Under the pieces are notes generated by a model. It was not told the origin of the DNA and ran no database searches. It saw only the letters and a program-made list of their open reading frames with translations. Below, in pieces: positions 56,827-64,000 of a stretch of 64,000 nt of DNA. This stretch comes from Acidimicrobiaceae bacterium (GTDB lineage: Bacteria > Actinomycetota > Acidimicrobiia > Acidimicrobiales > RAAP-2), in assembly GCA_003170315.1 (NCBI GenBank), contig PNAH01000004.1, forward strand, positions 158,805 through 222,804, given 5' to 3'. The stretch's first letter is position 1. The number at the start of each line of letters is the position of its first letter. A program made the position numbers and the translations under genes.

Positions 56827-58455
56827 TTAGGCGAGTACCTCGCCAGTGTCGACACTGCGAACGAGGACGTGCTCCTCGGTGACGTCATAGATCGCGAACT
56901 GATTCCATGCTCGACCGAGCTCCCGGGCAAATTCGACGCTCTGATTGAGCATCGCGAACCCCTCTTCGACGGGCCAGGTGCCCATGGGATCGCGACCCAT
57001 CGTGTGGCGCAGGCGTACGCCCCGACGCTGCAGGTCGGCGAACAGTTCGTGGCGACGCTCCGCGTTCTCGTCGGCGTGCAGTTCGTGGCTGAAGGGATTA
57101 TCAGAGGTCAGGACCATGAAGGGACCGAGTTCTCGAGCGGCCTCTCGGGCCCCCACCCACTCACCGGTCGACACTTTCACGACTAGTTCGGTGGGCGGCA
57201 CTTGATAGCTCTTCACGAGTGACCGCGTGAGGCGCGGTCGACTCACGGCTGACTCGGCGAACGCGATTGCGGCCCGGGTAGTCGCCGACGTTCGCGGACT
57301 GGCCGAAATGTCGAAGGCGTGTTGCGTGAAGGGCAATTCCACGTAATACATTGGCGCGCTGGCCACGTCACGAAACTTCGCGACGAAGTTGCGAGCGACT
57401 TGAACGTCTACCAGCGTGTCGTTTCGTCCCTGGACCACGAAGAACGGCGGCGCGTCGGTCCCGATTCGCTCCAAGGGTGACATGGCGCGATAGAGCGGCT
57501 CGTTGCCCTCGAAGGGCGCTTGCACGATCCGGCGTTCGAGCAAACTCAGGAGTCCTCGGCCGAGCCCGCGCCAATGTGCCTCGTCGCCCGTCATCTCCAA
57601 GACACCGTAGAACGGCATCGCACCGCGTACCGACCAATTGGCGATGTCGGTCATGTCGTCCGGGCGCCATGTCGGATCATTCGCACACAGCGCCACCAGG
57701 GCCGCCAGCTGGCCACCGGCCGAAGCGCCGGCGATGACGATTCGCTCGGGGTCGCCGCCGAAGGTCGTGACGTTCTTCTTCGCCCAACCCAGGGCTCGCG
57801 TGACGTCGCGAATCTGCGCCGGCCACGGATGACGAGGGGCCAGCCGGTAATTCGGAACCACGGCGATCCAACCTCGTCGCACGAACTCGTGCAACATGGG
57901 TCGACCCTGTTCGCGTTTGTCACCAAAGATCCACGAACCTCCGTGGACGTAGAGCACGACGGGAGCGTGCAACGGCGTCGTGGACATGCGCCACACGTCG
58001 AGTCGTTGACGAGCCAGAGGTCCGTACGCGACGTTCTTCACGAGTTGCATGTCACGGGGATGGAACGGGAATTGCATCGCCGTGCGCCACCACGAGCCGA
58101 AGTGGTCGTCGCCAGCGTGAGGAATCTGCAACGGCGCCACCGGCGAGTGCGCCATCGAGCGGCGCACGATCCGTCGAGCGTAGAAGGCGATGAAGACCAG
58201 CGTCAGGTTCTCGACGATCGACACGATCGCCAGAACGACGACCAGGAGACTCAACCAGGCATCGCTCGGCCACCCCCACCAGGCCAGCAACCCGAGCAGC
58301 GCCAACTCCATGACGATGCCCTGGACCGGGAGTTCACCGGCCGCCCAGCCCACCGGGTAGGCCAGAATGGCGGAGAGGCCATGCCGGCCCGGACGCAGCG
58401 CCGTCGCCGCCGAAAGCACGAGGAACGCGCTCACCAGCGCCACGAAATAGGCCAT
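56827..58455 (-). CDS. Membrane-anchored alpha/beta-hydrolase (esterase/lipase, HGG type) fused to a C-terminal DUF3293-like domain
   Basis: Three N-terminal TM segments. Oxyanion-hole LYVHGGSW and nucleophile elbow GASAGG. The C-terminal 110 aa (FMVLTSDNPFSHELHADENAERRHELFADLQRRG) resembles DUF3293. Confidence 0.75.
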   Translation of the reverse strand: MAYFVALVSAFLVLSAATALRPGRHGLSAILAYPVGWAAGELPVQGIVMELALLGLLAWWGWPSDAWLSLLVVVLAIVSIVENLTLVFIAFYARRIVRRSMAHSPVAPLQIPHAGDDHFGSWWRTAMQFPFHPRDMQLVKNVAYGPLARQRLDVWRMSTTPLHAPVVLYVHGGSWIFGDKREQGRPMLHEFVRRGWIAVVPNYRLAPRHPWPAQIRDVTRALGWAKKNVTTFGGDPERIVIAGASAGGQLAALVALCANDPTWRPDDMTDIANWSVRGAMPFYGVLEMTGDEAHWRGLGRGLLSLLERRIVQAPFEGNEPLYRAMSPLERIGTDAPPFFVVQGRNDTLVDVQVARNFVAKFRDVASAPMYYVELPFTQHAFDISASPRTSATTRAAIAFAESAVSRPRLTRSLVKSYQVPPTELVVKVSTGEWVGAREAARELGPFMVLTSDNPFSHELHADENAERRHELFADLQRRGVRLRHTMGRDPMGTWPVEEGFAMLNQSVEFARELGRAWNQFAIYDVTEEHVLVRSVDTGEVLA

Positions 58456-58511
58456 TCGTCTAGTCTGCCGGTTCGCCGGCGTCGCGTGCCACGGTCCCTA
58501 GGCTTGACTCG

Positions 58512-59414
58512 ATGTCGACCTGGCCGCCTTCACTGGAACAGTTGCGCGGCACCGTCGGCGTATGGACCTTCGCCCAGGAAACGCTGAGCGCCGATCGAAG
58601 CGGCGACATCGCGGCCGAGCTCGAGTCCCTCGGGTATTCGGCCATGTGGTTGCCCGAAGCGTGGGGTCGCGAAGCCTTCACGAACGCCGGACTGATGTTG
58701 AGCGCCACGTCCTCGATGATCGTCGCCACCGGCATCGCCAACGTCTGGGCCCGCGACGCCGTCGCGGCGGCCAACGCCGCCAAGACGCTCAACGCGGCCT
58801 ACGAGGATCGATTCGTCCTGGGCCTCGGCGTCAGCCACCGGCCGCTGGTCGAGCGACTTCGCGGCCATAAGTACGTGACCCCGGTGGCGACGATGCGCGA
58901 CTACCTGAGCACGATGGACGCCGCTCCGATGCGCGCGCCTGAAAGTGAGCAGCGCTACGCGAGAGTCATCGCGGCGCTCGGACCCAAGATGCTCGAAGTC
59001 GGTGCCGCCTTGGCCGACGGCGTTCTCCCGTATCTCGTGACGCCCGAACACACCGCCCGAGCCCGAACTGCCGTCGGTGACAAGTTCGTCGGCGTCGAGC
59101 AGGCCGTCGTGCTCGGACAGAGTCGCGAGGAGTACCTGAACCGCGCCCACGCTCACCTGGGTTTTTACACCGGTCTGGAGAATTACCAGAACAGCTGGCG
59201 TCGACTCGGATTCGGTGACGAGGACTTCGTGCGCGGCGGCTCCGAGCGGCTCTGTGACGCGTTGGTCGTCCACGGTGACGAGAACGTCGTCATGGAGCGC
59301 ATCAACGACCATCGCCGCGGCGGCGCCGATCACGTCTGTCTTCAAGTGCTGAGCGACGAGACCAACGCTCCCCCGTTTGACGAATGGCGACGTCTGGCTT
59401 CGCTCAATCAGTGA
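58512..59414 (+). CDS. Luciferase-like monooxygenase (LLM) class, probable F420-dependent oxidoreductase
   Basis: 300 aa. GVWTFAQE...LESLGYSAMWLPEAWGREAF opening and the overall LLM TIM-barrel pattern are typical of the actinobacterial F420-dependent subgroup. Confidence 0.8.
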   Translation: MSTWPPSLEQLRGTVGVWTFAQETLSADRSGDIAAELESLGYSAMWLPEAWGREAFTNAGLMLSATSSMIVATGIANVWARDAVAAANAAKTLNAAYEDRFVLGLGVSHRPLVERLRGHKYVTPVATMRDYLSTMDAAPMRAPESEQRYARVIAALGPKMLEVGAALADGVLPYLVTPEHTARARTAVGDKFVGVEQAVVLGQSREEYLNRAHAHLGFYTGLENYQNSWRRLGFGDEDFVRGGSERLCDALVVHGDENVVMERINDHRRGGADHVCLQVLSDETNAPPFDEWRRLASLNQ

Positions 59415-59424
59415 GAACTATCGC

Positions 59425-59877
59425 CTAACGTTCGTCGGCGCCGGGTCCGTAGACGATCACGCCGCGGTCGCGGGTACCCGACGAACCGCGCAGCAGTCGC
59501 AGGAACGACCCGACGATGAAGAGCGTGACGAACTCGAGCCCGCCAATGAGAACCCAGCCGATCGTTATCCAGAAGAACCCGACGACGAGCCCTTTCAAGA
59601 ATCCGTCGCGCACCATCGCCGCAATCCACAGCGGCACCCAGGCCACCATCCAACTCACGAACGGGGCCACGAACGAGGCCGCCACCCGACGACGAAGACC
59701 TAGGTAGACCCCGAAGAGCGCAGTAATACCAAAACCGACCCAGAGCGCGTCGTGGTGGGCTCCATGGCTCGCTTCGACCACGAAGATCACTACGGCCATC
59801 GCGATCGACCAAATGATCATGGGGGCCGTCACGTTGCCCCGGGCCCGGTTCTTGACTTGAACGAAAACCGTACTCAC
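59425..59877 (-). CDS. Hypothetical membrane protein (about 4 TM segments)
   Basis: 150-aa ORF with hydrophobic segments and coding-like composition. GTG 59877. No recognisable family. Confidence 0.55.
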   Translation of the reverse strand: MSTVFVQVKNRARGNVTAPMIIWSIAMAVVIFVVEASHGAHHDALWVGFGITALFGVYLGLRRRVAASFVAPFVSWMVAWVPLWIAAMVRDGFLKGLVVGFFWITIGWVLIGGLEFVTLFIVGSFLRLLRGSSGTRDRGVIVYGPGADER

Positions 59878-59893
59878 GGATCCAATTTAGTCA

Positions 59894-61042
59894 TTGGCCC
59901 CAACCGCAGCACCAATTGTTAGACGGTACGCTGCATCCGTGACCCAGGGCGTCCTCGCACTACTCGGCTCGGGCGAGACCGCCCCGGGCATGACCAAGGT
60001 CCACCGGCAGCTCCTTGGGCAGTTGGACGAGGTGCGGGCGATCAATCTGGACACCGCCTACGGATTCCAACAGAACGTGCCCCAGATGAGCGAAAAACTC
60101 GAGGAGTACTTCAAGACCTCGCTCCACGTCGCACTCACTACCCTGCCCTTCGCCTCCTACGCCCGAGCCAGTGAACTTGAACGGACCCTCTTCAAACAAC
60201 AGGTCCGCCAGGCGGACTACGTCTTTGCCGGGCCCGGTAGTCCGACGTACGCGCTCGCCCAGTGGTCACCGCTGCACTTCGGCGACGATCTCCTCGACGT
60301 GCTCGATCACGGCGGCACGCTCTGCTTCGCGTCCGCGGCGGCACTCACTCTGGGGGCCTTCACGGCGCCGATTTACGAGGTTTACAAAGTAGGCGTGGAA
60401 GAACCCCACTGGCGCGACGGACTCAACGTGCTCGCGACATTTGGTCTCAACTGCGTGGTGATCCCTCACTTCGACAACAACGAAGGGGGCAACTACGACA
60501 CCCGGTACTGCTACTTGGGTGAGAAGCGGCTACTCGAGCTCGAAGCCAAACTCCCCGACGGCGTCGCTACTTTGGGGGTCGACGAACACACGGCGCTCAT
60601 CTTCGATCTCACCGGCAACACCGTGTCCGTGAAGGGCCGCTCCAACGGATACTGGCGCCTTAGCGGCGAATCGCGAGTCCTCGAGAACGCCTCGACGACG
60701 AGCCTCGACGAACTTCGCACGCTCACTCCCTCGCCCGCTCGATTGGCGCGCAGCAATCCAACGCCATCACTGAATCGACCCGTCGAGTTGGGAGAAGTCG
60801 TAGCGAAGGGAGGTGAGCCCGGCCTCGAGGCGCTCGCGCAACTCGTCCAACTCGCCACCACCGGCGGGGAGGGCTTCATCGACCCCACCGCGCTCGTCGA
60901 AGGGATCTTAAGCGCGAGAGTCAGCGCGCGCGCGAACGCACAGTACGATCTCGCCGACGAGCTTCGCGACACGCTCCTCAAGGCGGGCTTCGACGTCCAA
61001 GACAGTCCCGACGGCACCACCTGGATACTGAAGAGCACCTGA
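59894..61042 (+). CDS. Conserved hypothetical protein: peptidase-S51/cyanophycinase-like N-terminal domain plus CysRS-C-terminus-like tail
   Basis: LALLGSGE opening and the GGTLCFASAAALTLG segment resemble the S51 nucleophile region (weak). The last 40 aa align without gaps to the C-terminus of the CysRS in this window. Start is TTG 59894 or GTG 59939. Confidence 0.6.
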   Translation: MAPTAAPIVRRYAASVTQGVLALLGSGETAPGMTKVHRQLLGQLDEVRAINLDTAYGFQQNVPQMSEKLEEYFKTSLHVALTTLPFASYARASELERTLFKQQVRQADYVFAGPGSPTYALAQWSPLHFGDDLLDVLDHGGTLCFASAAALTLGAFTAPIYEVYKVGVEEPHWRDGLNVLATFGLNCVVIPHFDNNEGGNYDTRYCYLGEKRLLELEAKLPDGVATLGVDEHTALIFDLTGNTVSVKGRSNGYWRLSGESRVLENASTTSLDELRTLTPSPARLARSNPTPSLNRPVELGEVVAKGGEPGLEALAQLVQLATTGGEGFIDPTALVEGILSARVSARANAQYDLADELRDTLLKAGFDVQDSPDGTTWILKST

Positions 61043-61088
61043 CATTTCCGTGCCGGAAATCGCAGGTTCCTAAAATCTGTTCAGAAAT

Positions 61089-61122
61089 GTCGAAACCCCC
61101 TTCCGAAGAAGAGGGTTTCGAC
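61089..61122. terminator. Bidirectional hairpin terminator between convergent genes (15-bp stem with one mismatch; UUCG loop on the minus strand)
   Basis: GTCGAAACCCCCTTC-CGAA-GAAGAGGGTTTCGAC. The minus-strand RNA is followed by AUUUCUGAACAGAUUUU. Confidence 0.7.
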
Positions 61123-61141
61123 ACGAATCACTTGGGAGCTG

Positions 61142-62998
61142 TTACCTCAGGCTGAACTTCACCGAAGTACGCTTGCCGTTCGACAAAATCACGGTGAACG
61201 TGTGAACGCCCGTCTTGACGCCGGCCCTCACCGCGACAACGACCCTGAGCGTGTTGCCCGTGTCACGAGTCACCTTCGCCGTGACGCCCGCCACGTTGCT
61301 GATGATCCTGGGACGTCCGGTAAAGCCAGAACCCACGATGGTGACCGTTGACGTCCTACCGACCGTCACGGCGCCCGCCACGCGAGAGGCCTTGAAGGGC
61401 AGTACGAACGTCACCTTCGTGGCGGCCGAAGACACCACGATGTAGGTCGTAGACCCGGCCTTCGTCGCGGTCACGAGGCACGTTCCAGCCCTCTTAGCGC
61501 TCAGTGAAGTTCCTGACACGGTGCAACCGGCCGACGAACCCGCCGCGACGATGTAGCTCAACGCACCGGTCCCGGTTCCTCCGGCCGTCGCGAGGTTGAG
61601 TGTCTTGCCGACGGTTCCCTTGACCGACGTGAGCACCAGTGCCGCCTGGGGTGTGCCCACTGTGGTGGTAGCGGTCGCAACAGTCAGCGTTCTGGCAGAG
61701 TCGGTGGCCGTTAGTACACAGGCTCCGGTCACGTTGACGGTGAGCGCGCTGAAGGTCGCGACGCCCGCAACGGCGCCGGCTGTCAAAGTCCCACCAAGAG
61801 CGCACGGCGACGTGATCGTAATGGTGTCCGTTGCGCCGGTACCCGAAGTCACGACGTTGTTGTTGACGTCCTCGACCGAAACCTTGAAGGTCGTCAGAAC
61901 GGTGCTAGCGGTGGCGACGGCAGCTGGTGGAGCGGTCGTGAAAGCCACTTGAGTCGCGGCACCCGCGGCGACTGCGATTGCGGAGCTCGTCCCAGTCGCA
62001 AGGGGCCTCGTGGAGTCAGTTGCTACGAGCGTGCAGGATGCCCCCGTCTTTATTGTGACCAAGTTGAACGTCGCGACGCCTGCGAGAGCCGTCGCCGTCG
62101 TTGTGCCAGTAAGGGCGCATGACGACGACAGCGTGACCACGTCCGTCGAGCCGAGTCCCGTCGTGATTGGAATACCGTTGCTCTCCTCGATCGAAACGGC
62201 GAAGGAAGGAAGGACCGTCCCGGCAGCAGCGGTCGCCGCTGGCTCGGTCGTAAAGCCGACCTTGCTTGGTGTCGTCGTAGCGACATTCACCAGTGCGCTC
62301 GCAGCGGTGAACCCAGTGTCGCCACCAGTCGTATCTGATGCTGTGAGAGTACAACTCGTTCCGACGGTAACAGCGATCCCAGAGAAGGTTGCAACTCCAA
62401 GGACCGCGTTTTGTGTCGTTGTGCCAGTAAGGGTGCACGAAGAAGAGATAAGGATGGAGTCATTGTTGCCCGCGCCCGTTGTGATCACGTTGCCATAGGT
62501 GTCCTCGACCGAGACCTTGAACGTCGTCATCGCTACACCGAGCGTGGCATTCGATGGCGGAGCGGTCGTATAGATCAGCTTCAAAGCAGTGGCCGGCGTC
62601 ACCGTGAACGGTTCGGTGCCTTGCGCGCCATTGTCGGCGCCAGTGGTGTCCGTTGCCGTCAACGTGCATGAGGATCCGACGTGAATCGACATACCGGCGA
62701 AAGTTGCGATGTCCGACCCGTCTGTGACCTGGCTCGTAGTGCCAGTCGCGAACGGACACGTCGAAGCGACGTTTATGTTGTCGCCGGCCGCTGCCGCTGT
62801 GACTGTGAAGCTGAAAGTAGTGCCCGCCTGCGCTGAAGTCGCGCCGCCAAATGTTAACGGCGCAAGCGCCGACGCTGGCGACACAGCAACGAATGCCAGA
62901 CCCGCCAGCATCAGTGCCGACGTCGCTCCGATGGCTACGAATGACTTCATCAGAGTTCCAAAGGAGCGATGGCCCATTTTGCGGTTAGCTGAATTCAT
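61142..62998 (-). CDS. Secreted/cell-surface protein with four tandem Cys-pair Ig-like repeats, one further Ig-like domain and a C-terminal IPT/TIG-like domain
   Basis: ATG 62998 lies 9 nt after AGGTGGA. Signal peptide MKSFVAIGATSALMLAGLAFVAVSPASA. The composition is rich in Thr/Ala/Gly/Val and the gene has an internal repeat structure. Confidence 0.75.
   Translation of the reverse strand: MNSANRKMGHRSFGTLMKSFVAIGATSALMLAGLAFVAVSPASALAPLTFGGATSAQAGTTFSFTVTAAAAGDNINVASTCPFATGTTSQVTDGSDIATFAGMSIHVGSSCTLTATDTTGADNGAQGTEPFTVTPATALKLIYTTAPPSNATLGVAMTTFKVSVEDTYGNVITTGAGNNDSILISSSCTLTGTTTQNAVLGVATFSGIAVTVGTSCTLTASDTTGGDTGFTAASALVNVATTTPSKVGFTTEPAATAAAGTVLPSFAVSIEESNGIPITTGLGSTDVVTLSSSCALTGTTTATALAGVATFNLVTIKTGASCTLVATDSTRPLATGTSSAIAVAAGAATQVAFTTAPPAAVATASTVLTTFKVSVEDVNNNVVTSGTGATDTITITSPCALGGTLTAGAVAGVATFSALTVNVTGACVLTATDSARTLTVATATTTVGTPQAALVLTSVKGTVGKTLNLATAGGTGTGALSYIVAAGSSAGCTVSGTSLSAKRAGTCLVTATKAGSTTYIVVSSAATKVTFVLPFKASRVAGAVTVGRTSTVTIVGSGFTGRPRIISNVAGVTAKVTRDTGNTLRVVVAVRAGVKTGVHTFTVILSNGKRTSVKFSLR
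61664..62860 (-). repeat. Four tandem repeats of about 105 codons (about 318 bp) inside the surface-protein gene
   Basis: Conserved Cys pairs at residues 81/111, 188/216, 294/322 and 399/427. Recurring FKVSVED..GN..T.G.G..D.I...S.C.L.GT.T..A..GVATFS.......G..CTLTA.D.T pattern. Confidence 0.7.
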
Positions 62999-63283
62999 AA
63001 TCGGTTTTCCACCTTTGCACTTCCCGTCAGGCTTGAATGCCTAATTCACGTGCTTATCGGGTACTACTCCAAGCATAGGCAAAGGTCGAGAGACTCACCT
63101 TGCCGTTGTGTTACATTTGCCCGTCATTTCACTCAGAATGTCGGGGCCGATGGCAGATATGTTCATGACGCGAACGCTCGTACGGCCGGTTGTCGAAGAA
63201 TCATCATTTCTTGAACAACTCTCGAAATGTAGGTGTTGCGCGACACGAACTTTTGCTCCGCGCATTTAATCTCCTCAAACATA

Positions 63284-63317
63284 AAGGATGGCCCCCTCGA
63301 AAGAGGGGGCCATCCTT
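63284..63317 (-). terminator. Intrinsic terminator of the upstream surface-protein gene (perfect 15-bp stem, 4-nt loop)
   Basis: AAGGATGGCCCCCTC-GAAA-GAGGGGGCCATCCTT. On the minus strand it is followed by UAUGUUUGAGGAG. It begins 21 nt after the stop at 63338. Confidence 0.75.
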
Positions 63318-63337
63318 AGGTACTGCTTGGAGTGAAG

Positions 63338-64000
63338 TTACTTCTTGATGACTGAGTAATGCGTCGTGGCCCTGTGGCCACTCTGCGTGATGGTGAAGAC
63401 CTTCACGCCGGGCTTGGTCGTGGCACGAGTAGTCACTCTAACTACGAGCACTTTACCCGTGTCCCTGCTCACTACAGCCCTGGTGCCAGGTGCGCTGCTG
63501 GTGATCCTTGGCTGGCCGTGGAAGCCCGAACCAGTGATGTCCAGATTGACCGTCTGGCCAGCAACGGCACGACCCTTCACACCGCTCACGTGGAACGGCT
63601 TCTTCACAGGCGGCGGCGGCGGCGGTGTCGTGGCGGGAAGGATCACCGTCGAAGCGGTGCCCCCGTCAGGATTGGTCACGATCATGTTCGACGCTGTCGT
63701 CTCGAGGACTCCCAACGTGCACGTCACCGTGAGCGAGGTGGCGGACACGAACGTCGTGGCCCCGCAACTTCCGTTGGTGTCGATGCTCACGACCGAAGCG
63801 GCCGTGTAGCCCGTACCGGTAAGGGTGAAGGCGTTGGTCGCTCCAGCGAGTCCCGTTGATGGCGACACGCTAGTAATGGTCGGACCCGCGTCGAGAGTGA
63901 TCGGGAACTGGTAGGCAGAAACCACTGCCTTCCCACCGTCCGTGTTGGTCACCGTGTAACCAACAGCGGTGTTGGTGTCACCCGCAGCGACGGCAACCGT
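63338..64000 (-). CDS. Cell-surface protein with IPT/TIG-like domains, C-terminal part (5' end outside the window)
   Basis: The frame stays open to the window edge. PTITSVSPSTGLAGATNAFTLTGTGY is IPT-like. A PPPPPP linker follows, then a C-terminal module paralogous to that of 61142-62998. Confidence 0.7.
   Translation of the reverse strand, partial: TVAVAAGDTNTAVGYTVTNTDGGKAVVSAYQFPITLDAGPTITSVSPSTGLAGATNAFTLTGTGYTAASVVSIDTNGSCGATTFVSATSLTVTCTLGVLETTASNMIVTNPDGGTASTVILPATTPPPPPPVKKPFHVSGVKGRAVAGQTVNLDITGSGFHGQPRITSSAPGTRAVVSRDTGKVLVVRVTTRATTKPGVKVFTITQSGHRATTHYSVIKK

Noticed and set aside
63138-63269. 43-codon plus-strand ORF (MSGPMADMFMTRTLVRPVVEESSFLEQLSKCRCCATRTFAPRI) between the two surface-protein genes, ending just before the 63284 hairpin
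   Set aside because: No Shine-Dalgarno sequence, AT-rich promoter-like surroundings, and a length expected by chance. It could only be supported by ribosome profiling or conservation.
1-64000. Search by eye for tRNA or rRNA genes, CRISPR arrays, transposases or integrases, phage genes, toxin-antitoxin pairs and biosynthetic gene cluster hallmarks
   Set aside because: No T-loop-like GGTTCGA(A/T)TCC contexts outside coding frames. No regularly spaced direct repeats. No DDE, tyrosine or serine recombinase motifs. No radical-SAM, PKS or NRPS signatures. A covariance-model and HMM scan would be needed to exclude small RNAs formally.

Overview
This is a high-GC, very compact chromosomal segment with about 64 CDS in 64 kb and many 1-20 nt gene overlaps. 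It looks like an Actinomycetota-type genome: a WhiB-family regulator sits next to a PdtaS-type kinase, and the window also carries a TB9.4/DUF3107 protein, the phosphatase-DUF3090-SCO1664 triad and F420-type enzymes. Most of the content is core function: aconitase 3' end, SulP permease, DEAD-box helicase, Bcp, Fpg/Nei, EtfAB, acyl-CoA dehydrogenase, CspA, CysRS, ValRS, Mrp and Gmd. Four operon-scale units stand out. (i) A 10.6-kb co-directional cluster holds a Liv-type ABC transporter, a family III CoA-transferase, an HMGL-like lyase, IclR, PrpD and PrpB, but no prpC. (ii) An amine locus holds a choline-kinase-like protein, a DMGDH-like dehydrogenase, a HutC-type GntR regulator and an APC permease. 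(iii) A complete System I cytochrome c maturation operon, ccmABCDEFGHI, has overlapping start/stop codons at every junction and includes a 30-codon ccmD that the ORF track misses. (iv) A lower-GC 3' end carries two repetitive Ig/IPT-type surface proteins flanked by strong hairpins. I found no rRNA, tRNA, CRISPR array, transposase, integrase, prophage gene or recognisable defence system. I cannot point to a clear-cut new system. The best leads, all given modest scores, are the prpC-less PrpD/PrpB + CoA-transferase + HMGL-like module, System I ccm in an actinobacterial context, a peptidase-S51-like protein with a CysRS-like C-terminal tail, the uncharacterised kinase/phosphatase/DUF3090 triad next to an FrhB-like enzyme, and the surface-protein islet. 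All homology calls come from motif recognition by eye; no searches were run.
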